Source of the DNA: Lepidodermella squamata
Taxonomy: Eukaryota > Animalia > Gastrotricha
DNA: 64,000 bases
Direction: 5' to 3'
Assembly: GCA_047495785.1 (NCBI GenBank)
Contig: JBLDXI010000055.1
Location: 1,116,001-1,180,000, forward strand
Within the stretch, counting starts at the first letter, position 1, and every line of letters starts with the position of its first letter. The notes beneath the pieces are model-generated. The model had not been told where the DNA came from and ran no database searches. It saw nothing but the letters and a program-made list of their open reading frames with translations. Both the position numbers and the translations under genes were made by a program. Below are positions 38,691-50,086 of this stretch, one piece after another.

Positions 38691-40083
38691 TATTATCAAA
38701 TTATCAAGTACAGAAAGCAAAGCTAAAGAAAACAAATAGAGTTAATCTATAGCATATTACAGGACAAATCAAGTAACAAGGAAACCATGACAAGTTACAG
38801 CTAATTCGTCTTCTCATTACAAAATATTGAAAGACAAAATTGAAAGTCCTCTCAAGGCTCCAGGCTCCAATGATAAATGTACCAAAGTGATGGAGTTCGT
38901 GCCGGCAAGTATTTATAACGTGAAAGTTATTAGAAATGTCTGATCGCCAAGATTATAATTTTTGATCTGAGAATCTAGAATGAAAGCGATTGATATACAG
39001 GTTTAGAGTGTGGAGATAACTAGGAAAAGCTATGATATCTCGGGGCGCCGAAATACTACTACAAAATAGTGGTTCGAGACTTGACTCGGGAGGTACTTAA
39101 GGGAGATCAACTCAACCCCCTTGACAAAAAACCGCAATAGTTTAGGGCTCTTTGCCAGCTTAAAAATCCCAGAGGCAAGACGCATAACCACTGTAGGCTT
39201 TTGACAGAGTTTGACGATCCGAAGCTGAAAATATCAGCACCCTTTAGCATTAGTTACCACAACATACCGATAGTCGAACCCGAATATTTTACTATTTGTT
39301 AGTTGTTAGCAAAGTTAAAAATTGGGCATCAAATTTCAATGCAGACGAACTGATGTCTGATGCACAATGACAAAACATGAGCACAATACACAATACGTAT
39401 CTCGTATCTGCATGACTCCATTGCAACCGATCGTTTGAGCAAATACCGCCGCTGAAACACGATAATAGATATAATGGGTAAACTTGCACAAGTTAAGGTA
39501 ACAGTAACCAGTGACGGAACACGTAACACCCGCTGTGAAGCTGGCACGATATCAACTGGCCATGCGGTATCTCCAAAAGCGAAGATTACGTAACATCTGA
39601 TAGCAATTCAAGTTTTATGAATTCAGATATCAAGTTAAATAAAAATAATAATTTTATTTAACATTTTAAAAAGTTTCAAGATCATTAAAATTTGAAAATT
39701 TGAATTACCCGCTCACCATCAACAGCCGTTAGAACACTTGCTAACGGCCAAAAAGCCAATTGCCAAATGCACAGTCTCGTAGAGCGTAGGTCATAGATGA
39801 GCAACCAACCAATGAAGATATTTTAACCTTTCAACAGTTCGGGTGGCATCTATTGCCAAATCGCTATGGTCCTTACTTCCTCTTGGGATAAATGATATGA
39901 TTTTTAGAGCACCTCTGGTTTTCCATTTTTGGTTTTGGCGTGTAAAAGCTGGCGGCGTTTGACAAGTCGGCAATCGGCTATGAAGGATTTGATATCCTCG
40001 CATTTTTATATTCATAGCTTGTTTCATTCCTAGGTTTTGAGTTATTTTATATTTCATCGCGGTGCGGTGTTATTGAATTCGAA

Positions 40084-40783
40084 ATGGTATATCATTCGCT
40101 GGTGCGTCAGACTTTTTATACCTCTCAGTTGTGTATTATAAATGTTAATAATGTTTCAGGACGATGATGACCATGTAGCTGAATGTACGCTTTGTAGATC
40201 AGAAAAGTTGGGCAAACGAACCTTGAAAAGTGCGCTTACTCGTAAAGTTAAGTGGCCTGATAGCAACAACATTCCGCCTCCAATTGAGGTGAGTTTATCT
40301 GAACGTGATTCCTCGCTAACTGAATAAAGGCATTTCCTTTGCAGGACACATCTAAATTTGTCTCACTTGATGATGCTTTTGCCTCGATTTTTCATTTCAT
40401 GAAGGTGACTTGTACATACTGCAAGGTAATTATTACTCTTGAATAGTTTGGCGACAATTCCCTTCCTTACCTTTGACAGCGCTACTACCGGGGCTGTAAA
40501 AATTGCAACACAATTGCGGATGACAAGCTTCACATTACTCGCTTTCATGCCAAGCAAGCTCCTCCATCGATTCCTTCTTATCCGGTGTGTTTTTTGTTTC
40601 AAACAGTGAAAAATAACTTTTTTACTCTCATTTTAGAAGCCCTCCAGCCATCAAAACCTGCAAATCGTCGCCGACCCAGGCACTTATTCTGTTACCACCG
40701 GTGTTTGGGGCAAAGAAATTCAGCAAACTCATATCGTCAAACTCGATCCAGGTCAAACTGTTTCTATGGATTTTGTAATTTAG
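40084..40783 (+). CDS. AKIP1: A-kinase-interacting protein 1-like (5 exons, not recovered by the ORF track)
   Basis: Spliced product M/DDDDHVAEC..RKVKWP../DDAFASIFHFMKVTCTYCK/RYY..HITRFH../..IVADPGTYSVTTG..QTHIVKLDPGQTVSMDFVI*; all introns phase 0; C-terminus matches the AKIP1 PGTYSV..THVV..GQSV pattern. Confidence 0.75.
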
Positions 40784-40981
40784 CGCTCTTGCTTTTCTTG
40801 TTGTGCTGTTGAAGTATCTGCTTTTTATTCGACTTGCGTTTCTTTCACCTCACTTTCCATAACTTATGCTTCTAACTGCTCAGTTGATTTACCCGCGTGT
40901 TTTCCATTAAAATGAATTTTACACGTGATGCTTGCTTTTTATAGAAAAGTAATACAATTTGTTTTATCTGTTTACTTGTGC

Positions 40982-42274
40982 ATGCGCATCGCTGTGATTG
41001 GGGCTGGTCCTGCTGGACTCACAGCTCTTTACGCGCTTAACAAAAGTAACATCAGCGAATTGGAGGCCGTATGTTATGAGCGAGCTGATAATTCCGGAGG
41101 TGAATGGATATTTACGGAAAAAGTCGGCGAAGATGAATATGGAATTCCTATTCATGGCAGCATGTATCGGGGGATGAGAGCTAACCTGCCTAAGGACTTG
41201 ATGCTTTTGCATCCTGACTATCCATGGCCGGAAGAATCTAAAGACTTTCCTTACAGGGAAGAAGTTCTTGAATATATCATAAATTTCGAGAAGAAATTTG
41301 AATTGACCAAGTATATCAAGTTCAAGCACTATGTCAGATGCATCAGAAGGCTGGAAAATTCTTCGGTCAAGCTTTCTGTTGAAGTGGAGAATCTCGAGGA
41401 TCGATGCATAAGTACAAGTATATTTGATTACGTGTTATTATGTAGCGGAAAGCACGGAAAGGCGTACATTCCACACGATACTTCCGCATTCTCTGGGCAA
41501 GTAATGCACTACCACGACATGAAAGACCCGCTTGTATTGGCTGGGAAAAAAGTGCTTATTGTAGGTGGAGGTTTTGGAGCGATGGATATGATTATTCACC
41601 TTGTTGAAATCACTCCACTACTCATGCTGTCGTACCACACGAAACCTCCATTTTTCGGCAAAACTCCCAAGGTAGAATACAAACCCGAGGTGCAACATTT
41701 CCAGGGTCGACTTGTAACGTTCATCGATGGATCTTCTTGCGAGTTTGACGTGCTGCTATATGCAACAGGCTTTCAGCATGTTCACCCGTTATCCGCTGAG
41801 CTCGATTTGGATTGGAAAACCGGAAAAAACATTTTCTTCCCACTATACAAGCATGTGGTTCATCCCGATTGTCCCTCCGTGATGTTCATCGGGAAAGCAG
41901 TTTCCGCTACCATCTTGCTCTGTCGGGTTCAAAGCGATTTCGCTGTTGGTGTTATTACTGGGAAAATATCACTGCCAAGCTCTGAAAACATGTGGGCTGC
42001 GATTGCCGAGTTCCGAAAGAAGTGGACCGAAATTTTTGCGAAACCAGTTGATATCAGAAAATTTGTTCCGAAGGTGGAACTCGAGCTGGAAAATGTGGTG
42101 GATCTGGCCAGAATTACAGGCTGCGATCCAATACCCCTACACCTGAAGGGGCTTTATTACTCATTACTGCAACACATTGTCAAAGATTTCCTTAATTACA
42201 AAAATTTGAAAATTGTTCGTTCGAGAACGGAGGACGATGGCGTGGCATATACATGGGTTGCTCAATGTGATTGA
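40982..42274 (+). CDS. Flavin-containing monooxygenase, intronless
   Basis: MRIAVIGAGPAGL (FAD), HGSMY..NLPK, FSGQVMHYHD (FxGxxxH), second Rossmann GGGFGAMD, YATGF. Confidence 0.9.
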   Translation: MRIAVIGAGPAGLTALYALNKSNISELEAVCYERADNSGGEWIFTEKVGEDEYGIPIHGSMYRGMRANLPKDLMLLHPDYPWPEESKDFPYREEVLEYIINFEKKFELTKYIKFKHYVRCIRRLENSSVKLSVEVENLEDRCISTSIFDYVLLCSGKHGKAYIPHDTSAFSGQVMHYHDMKDPLVLAGKKVLIVGGGFGAMDMIIHLVEITPLLMLSYHTKPPFFGKTPKVEYKPEVQHFQGRLVTFIDGSSCEFDVLLYATGFQHVHPLSAELDLDWKTGKNIFFPLYKHVVHPDCPSVMFIGKAVSATILLCRVQSDFAVGVITGKISLPSSENMWAAIAEFRKKWTEIFAKPVDIRKFVPKVELELENVVDLARITGCDPIPLHLKGLYYSLLQHIVKDFLNYKNLKIVRSRTEDDGVAYTWVAQCD

Positions 42275-43359
42275 GTATTTGCAACTTCAGCCTAAAGCAT
42301 GACTGTCCCTTAGTTATTTATTGTTTTTTGGCCAAACCGACATTAATCTAATAGATCGGATTTTACACCTATCCTGAGATGGTTTATCCGCTTTCGGAGA
42401 TTTATCAATTGTGATTTCAACGACAAATCAATAACTTCATTGTTTTTACTCTTAGACTTATTAATTTATTTACTTTAAGCCATCAATTCAAAGTTGCTGC
42501 CGACACAGTAAGGATGCTCAAATCAAACCAGCTTTGTTAAATCACCAACAGATGTCCGGTAATTTGGTACGAACTTCATTACTTGAAATTGGGTGGGTAG
42601 GTATCAACACATTGACGGTACCATCCGTTACGGTCACGGTATTATCCAGCCAGCGTGAAGTTTGATTCTTGATGTCTTGATATAATATTGCAAGGGGCGT
42701 TGTTTTGTTTTATTTTGAAATTATGATTTTAAAATGACCTGGATAGTTAGCTCTGTCATATGGCATTCAATCCTTCAGCTTATTCACATATATCAGCTTT
42801 TAAAATTTTAATTAACATCAGCGTTTCCATAAGTTGAACATAAGATTGCTTCACAAGAGCTTCTCGTTTGAAGACTCCACTGAGTAGACATCTTGAAATT
42901 GATAGTTCAAGGAGTTTACGTGTCGATATTTTTTATATAACCAGGATTTTGGAAAATTTAACCGTTTCAACCGAATTTCTCCATCAATTATGCCAAGCTT
43001 TGAGCGTTTTCGATGATTGTCCGTGGGGTTTTTTTGCAATGGTGAAGCTAATGCGCGCAATGAAGCAATAGCAATGCTGATTTTGTGAAGGATGTGGCTC
43101 TCATCGCTGAGCATTTTTTTCGCGGCTTATTATTTAAAAATCAACGCCTTGTCGCAAAATCGATTTAACGCGTGTGAATAAACATAATATCGACACTCAG
43201 AATAATCCTATTCTCTCATCGTTTTGCTACTAGAATGTGATTCATCAAATGTACACACTCATAGGCATTTTAAAATAGGTTATATTCATTCGCTTCTAAC
43301 TTTAATTTTTTCATTTTGTAGAAATATTACATTGTTAGGACTGCAATCGTGGGCGCGAA

Positions 43360-45992
43360 ATGTCCTTTGTACCTTACTTGGCCCTTCCGCCTGAAAAGGG
43401 ACGAATCAGGCGAACGGCGACTCTAGTTGGCTCTGGTTCATCGGGTAATGCGTTGCATTCGATGCAAGATGAGGCGACCCGGAAGGGCTTTAATAAAGGA
43501 CTGGTACCGCCATCGGCCGCTAGCAAGACCGGCTCACTCCAAGATTTGTCTGCTCTTAGATTGGACTCGGCCCGATCGGGATTTAACAGCGGCAGATCTT
43601 CGCCTCGCCTCGGACGAGCTAATTATATACCCGGTGGCCCTGGCTTAAATTATCTGGGTGCAGAGGACGAGGAGGCGCAAAATTTGATTAAAATGAACAT
43701 TCAGCACCTTTTGCGTCAGAAAGAGAGTGAATACACTTCATGGGCTGAGTTTGGAGTGCTTGTTGGAACCTACAACACCAATGGACAGTCGCCCGTTGAA
43801 GCCGACATCTCGGCTTGGCTTTCTAGCGGAAATTTCGTGAAAACTCCGGATATTATTGCAGTCGCTTTTCAAGAGCTTGACAACTCGAATCAAGCTTATT
43901 TGTTCACCGAATCGATCCGCGAACCTGAGTGGTGCAATTCTCTTGCATCTACTATTCGAGATGTTTACCCTGACTCAGCTTTTGTTAAGGTTAGTTTTTT
44001 AATTAAGTATGCCTTGCCAAATAAGTGCCAACTACTATTTTATAGCTTCGCGTTGTCCGCTTGGTCGGAATTATGTTAGCAGTTTTTGTCAGAAAGCAAC
44101 TGACTAATTTTATCGAATTTGTTGACACGTCCACGGTTGGCTGCGGTTTACTCGGTCGCCTTGGAAATAAAGGCGGTGTCGCAGTGAGATTCAATCTGCA
44201 CGACACGTCACTTTGTTTTGTTTCATCGCATTTGTCTGCGCATTTGGAAGAGAGTGATCGTCGTAACCAAGACTTTCGTGAAATCAATTCTCGTATGTTG
44301 TTCTCGAAAAGCGGCCTGGGCGATGGGGAACCACTCAGAATCGATCAGCATGACATAGTTTTCTGGGCCGGGGATCTCAATTACCGCATCATCGGCTTGC
44401 CAAATGAGAAATGCAAAGCTGCAATCGAACAGGGCCTGTTCGACGTTTTGTACTCAAATCACGACCAGTTGCATAGAGAAATGAAAAACGGTCGCGTACT
44501 GCATGGTTATACCGAGGGCACGATTAAATTCAAGCCGACTTACAAATACGACACTGGAACCAGTAGATGGGACTCATCGGAAAAAGCTCGCATTCCTGCT
44601 TGGTGTGATCGAATTTTGTGGCGAGTTAATGCTGATCAGTTCCCTGATCGTGAACCAGTTAAACAGCTAATTTATCGCTCTCATCAGGAAATTTGCATCA
44701 GTGACCACAAACCCGTTTCTTCTGTTTTCAAATTCAAGGTCAGGATCATCGATAAAGACAAGTATGATGCGGTCTACAAGCAAATTTTGCGTGATTTCGA
44801 CAAAAACGAGAATCAATTACGTCCACAAGCCGAGCCAGACATGCGTGAAGTTGATTTCGGTGAAGTCAAATTTTTGGAGGCTACAACGCTGAATCTTTTC
44901 ATAAAAAATACCGGCGCGGTGCCTCTTGAATTTGTTTTTAAACCGACTCCGAATCACCCACACAGTTCTTCGCCGACATGGCTGACAGTTACCCCGAATC
45001 GCGGTCACATAACCGAGGGCCATTCTACCAATATTGAAATGACTGTTCGAATCGACCCGAAACTGGTCAGCGAAATCGCATTGACTCCTGGTCGTACTTT
45101 CTCCGACGTACTAGTTCTTCACCTAGTCTGTGGTGGTGATACTTTCATCCCGGTTCATGGCCGGCTAGCTTTGACCTGCTTCGGCCTGCCACTATCAGTT
45201 TTGAATTCCGTCGCAACGCCCATCGGTCTTATTGATCCATCTGAATTGGAGGGCATTCTCGGCACTCCACCCGACAAATTGACTAAATCTTTCCCGCTGC
45301 CCAAGGAGGTTTTCCGCTTGATCGACAGACTGTCGAATCCGGATGCTTTGAAGCACAAAGAAGTCTTCCGCACTCAGGGAACTTTGCAGGACAAGATCAA
45401 AATTCGGGATGCTCTAGATCTGACATTTCCTGGGGAGAAAATCCGTTAGTTGAACAACTATTGAATTCCTCATGATATTTAAATCAAAAATTTTCAGCTG
45501 GCTCGATTCAATCAGTTGGGGAGACTTTGCTCGATTTTCTTCAGTCTCTTCCCACGCCTTTGCTACCTGTTGCTCTTCAACAAGCTTGTATGGCAGCTTC
45601 AGCTAGCACGGAACTATGTGTTGCGGTAATATTTCATTATTTTTTGTTTTCTGTTGAATTTTGTCGATTGCGGATAATTTCAGCTGCTTGATGACTCGTT
45701 CCAAAAGAATTCGCCAAAGCATCACGCCCTATTCTTGTATTTATTGAAATTTCTTGGCGAGCTGGTTCGCCATAGACGCGAAAATCTGATCGACATTCCG
45801 TATGTAGCTGGAATTTTCGCCGATTTAGCTTTCCGCCACAAAGCGCCCCGCGATGACTTGGTCGCTTCGCCGGGCTCGATCCTGCCACAACAAGCCGTTA
45901 ATTTCGTGCTGCGTTTACTGGCTAGAGAAGCCGGACTAACTTGGGAGGAAGTCAGCATGATGCAAAGTCTAGAAGGGGAAAGCACGGCTTAA
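43360..45992 (+). CDS. Inositol polyphosphate 5-phosphatase OCRL/INPP5B (5-phosphatase, ASH, RhoGAP-like); 5' end uncertain
   Basis: GTYNTNG, FQELD, GNKGGVAVRF, WAGDLNYRI, PTYKYD, PAWCDRILW, SDHKPV, ASH domain, LPKEVFRLIDRL. Confidence 0.9.
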
Positions 45993-46465
45993 TACGCATG
46001 TAACAACAATTTTCCGCTTTTACGGCTGCTTTTACTGCGCTTGATGTTCACACTAACAAAGAAATTAACGATGCTTATCCTTGTTCTGTAATTTTTGGTA
46101 CGTGGCTCTATGTCTCTCTGTGCTACTAGACGTATTTTAAACTGAAACGACCGGCAATGTTTAATTTAAAATGCAATTTCACTTTTCCCCGTTATGCGTC
46201 CTCTCTTGCAAAATTCCTTTATCAGAGTGAGATGATATATAATAGTTTCATCTCTATTCCCATGTTTCTCTTTCGATCAGATTTTGTTTATTGACAAAAC
46301 GATATATATAAACTTAGCGCCTATTTTTGACCAAGTGCTGCCATTTATTTTCTGAAGCATTATTAAGAGTGGAAAAGTGACTGTGGTTTGAGAGAGCTCT
46401 TTTATAACTCGATGCAGAATAAAACTGAATCAACAAATGTTAAATTTATATTTTTTTTATCTTAG

Positions 46466-49007
46466 ATGCTTAGCTTTGGGTATCTTATACTTGCTCTGCT
46501 AACTGGTATCGACGCTAAACTCAGAAAATTCGAATTTGCCTCTGTTAAAATATTCCCTGATATATCTGGACAAGGCGTAAAGGCTCACATAGACACGAAT
46601 TCAAGGTGCTGAAAATTTTAGAAAATTATATTTCTATTGCTAATTCCTTTTTTCTCGCTAGGCATTTCGATGTACATCTACAGCCTCATCCCGAAGTCTT
46701 TTCCCGCGATTTTGTCATCGAAGATGGAAAGAATGAATTCAAATCTCACGAAGTGACAAGCTACACTGGTTATATCGGCGGAAAATATGGGTCTCAGGCG
46801 ATTGGTTCCGTCGCTAACAAGCGGTTCGAAGGTGTGCTATTTCTAAATGGAACAGCTGAAACCTATCATATCGAAGATGGCACCTTCCTATCGCAAGTCA
46901 ACTGTCACGAGGACCCGTTTTATTCCGCAGATCATCCTCAGTACTGTACGATAGCATTTTATGGTTCGGATGATGAAAATTATCATCATCACGGAAACAA
47001 AATCAAACGATCCATTGAAGGAGCGAATGAAATAATTTACGACGAAGAGCCTGTCGGAATGTGTGGCTGGAATAACCCTAAAATCGCTGCTAGTCTGACG
47101 GAGTGGCTGCCCTCGCCTGAAGCAAGCGACATTCCGAAGCCGCGAGAACGGCGAGCTTCTGATAATAAACCTAAAATATGCAGCTTATACATGCAGGTCG
47201 ATCACACAATGTGGTCCCAATACATGGGCGATTTTAAAAATAACGAAAAAACCGCGAGAACAGCAGTCACTCGACTTGTTGCCGATTTAGTCAGCAGCAT
47301 CAATCAAATTTATCGAACGCAGGAGTTTTACACCGACGACGGAACAGTCGCAAAAATGACTGGATTCTTCTTTCAAGTTACCCGAATTCATATTTATAAG
47401 AAGGATGAAGTCTGCGCCTCCAACGATGCAACTATCAAACAATTATGCCCGGATTTTATTGATTCCGACGCATTTCTCAAAATCAATTCTGAAATGAATC
47501 AAGACCGTTACTGTTTGGCTTATATTATCAGTCATCGTCAGTTTTCTGGTGGCGTTATGGGCCTTGCTTGGCTTGGATATCCGAGTGGCTACGTCGGGGG
47601 AGTTTGTCAACGTCAAACTAGAGTTTCCGGTGGGGCGAAAGCGTCGTATAATACGGGTATCATAACCAGCAACAACCAAGGCTCGAGGGCTTCGAAACGA
47701 GGCCTGATGCTCACATTAGGTTAGTAAATTCTTTTCACGCTTATTGAAATACGATGACAAATTTTTCATTCACAAAGCTCACGAAATCGGTCATAATTTC
47801 GGATCGCCCCATGACACTGCTGACTGTATCCCCTCTGGACCGGAAGGCTATTTCATTATGGTAATTCAGTTCCTATGCCTAAATTTGCATCTTGAGACAT
47901 TCCTTGCTTTTAGTACCCGTATGTAAACCCTGGGGACAAGAAAAACAACGACAAGTTCTCAACGTGTAGCCGCAACAAAATGGCCCAGAATCTGGACGCG
48001 ATTCTGCAAGGCCGTAAATACAACTGCTTCACGGAAACAACAGCTCCATCATGTGGTAACCAGGTAGTTGAAGAGGGCGAGGAGTGTGATTGTGGTATGT
48101 CAGCTGAGGATTGCAAGGAATTCGGCGACCTTTGCTGCGGCCCTGGTGACTCGAAAACTGGTGCGTGCAAGCTGCTGCCATCAGCCAGGTGTAGCCCTTC
48201 GAAAGGGCCGTGCTGTGATTCAACCTGCAACTACGTTTCAGCCTCGGCCAGCCAAATTTGTGCGGTGGCCGGCGAGTGCGCCGATCAAGCAGTTTGCGGC
48301 GGCAATAGCGCTTCATGCCCGACTCCTCCTTCAAGACCAAATGGCACCCTTTGCGCCTCGAATACCCGCTATTGCTTCAATGGCGAGTGTTCTCGATCGG
48401 TCTGCGAGAGAATTTCCGGCTATGAAGCCTGTCAAGATGCCATGGTGAAGGGTACAGACTCGGCCCAGTACTGCTATGTAAGTTGCAGGGCGCCTGGCGC
48501 TAACAAGCCGTGTGTTAGCTCATTGAAGGCCAGTTCGGATCCGCAAATGAAAGCTCTATTGGACCAAATCAACGGAGGGCAACCACTCACCCTGCCACCT
48601 GGTTCGCCTTGTGACGAATTTAGAGGAGTGTAAGTTCAACGCACGTCTCTCTGAGTTGACAATCAGGTTTTTTTTAATATAGATGCGATGCTTATCGCCG
48701 TTGCCGGCAAGTAAATGTCCAAGGGCCGTTGGCTAAAATGTTCCTGGCCTTGTCTGGGAAGTCAGAAGTCGAAACTGCTGGGCAATGGCTCGTCCGATAC
48801 TGGTGGGTGGTAGCTATTTGCGCAGTGGTTTTCATCGCTATCTCGTTCTGCCTGCTGAAATACTGCTCGGATCTGTTGCCGACTAGCAATCCTAAATTGG
48901 AGGGAGGACTTACGATGAGGCAAGCGGCGAGTAAGGCATTCACGACAACTGTGCGAAGGCGAACTCGAGGCGATCAACGCGTTCCGACAAATGCGCCGCC
49001 CTTTTGA
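46466..49007 (+). CDS. ADAM10: ADAM10/Kuzbanian-like metalloprotease, copy 1 (4 coding introns)
   Basis: Signal peptide, cysteine-switch-like MCG, RERR furin site, CLAY..GGVMGLAW, HEIGHNFGSPHD, disintegrin CGNQVVEEGEECDCG, CSPSKGPCC, TM with YWW. Confidence 0.88.
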
Positions 49008-50086
49008 ATCGCTCACGTTCTTACTCTCGCATCTAACTCTTTTTTGACTGCTTCCTTGCCTTCTTCAAGTCACTTTTCAGAAGAAACGCATACATATACT
49101 TCATTTTTCATTGACAACACTGAATAGAGACTGCTGCTCGCTTTATCTGCCTTTCCGCTACATACTTGTTGTTAGGTTAGAATTGTTTGTTATTCGAAAA
49201 ATTTAAATGTAATTTTGTATTGTGATACCTTTGTGCACGTTTGTTGGCGTTGATAAAAACTGAATTGTTCACAATCACTCGATGATGAATCATCGCATTT
49301 GTTCTGCTGCTATTTTTATACTCGACGCTCTTTATGCATTCATTACGCACAATTTTTGATAACGTAAGTATGGGCAATTTATGCCAGAGATACCTCTGAT
49401 TGATTTTTCGAACCCACGGCGGCGTTTACATTGAACTGCCGTGGTACATCATAATCTTATTACCGGTTGCAAACCCTACGCTTCACCTTGACGCTGTTAC
49501 CTATCCGATTTGTTGTGTTGTGAGTTGTGCCTGTGAGATCATGTGTCATCGATTCACGCGGTGGTGCCCTTTATCATTCTACTCTTGTTATTTTTGCCTT
49601 GCTCCGCGCTGGAAATCAAACCCACCTATGATCTTATATCTTCTTGATAAGTTTATTGAACTTGATGCTTCTGATTCATTCATGAGAATAAAAAACGCAG
49701 TTTTACTAAAGAAATAAAAATAATTTTTGAAACTTTGTCTTTCATGTGACCAATGCATTGAACTTACTTACAGTCATCAGTGGCAAATGCATAGGTATAA
49801 GGTATATTGGCGTGTGTAAAAAGCATTGGATTACTCGCATACACGACACAATGGCTGAGGTATCATTTATACTTGAAAAAATCTCTGCTAGTTGCGCGTA
49901 GTGAGCAGTAGTAAAACACACGGCGATTCATCGGTACACACGCTAACTTTGAATTTTCTTAACGCGATATATACGGCCTTGTCATAGTAATGTAATCTCA
50001 CTCAACGTAAAGCATGGCTATTTCTCGAGCGAAGACGATACGTGAAATCTAGACATCGATCGGCATCCGGGCAAATTTTTAGCAAT

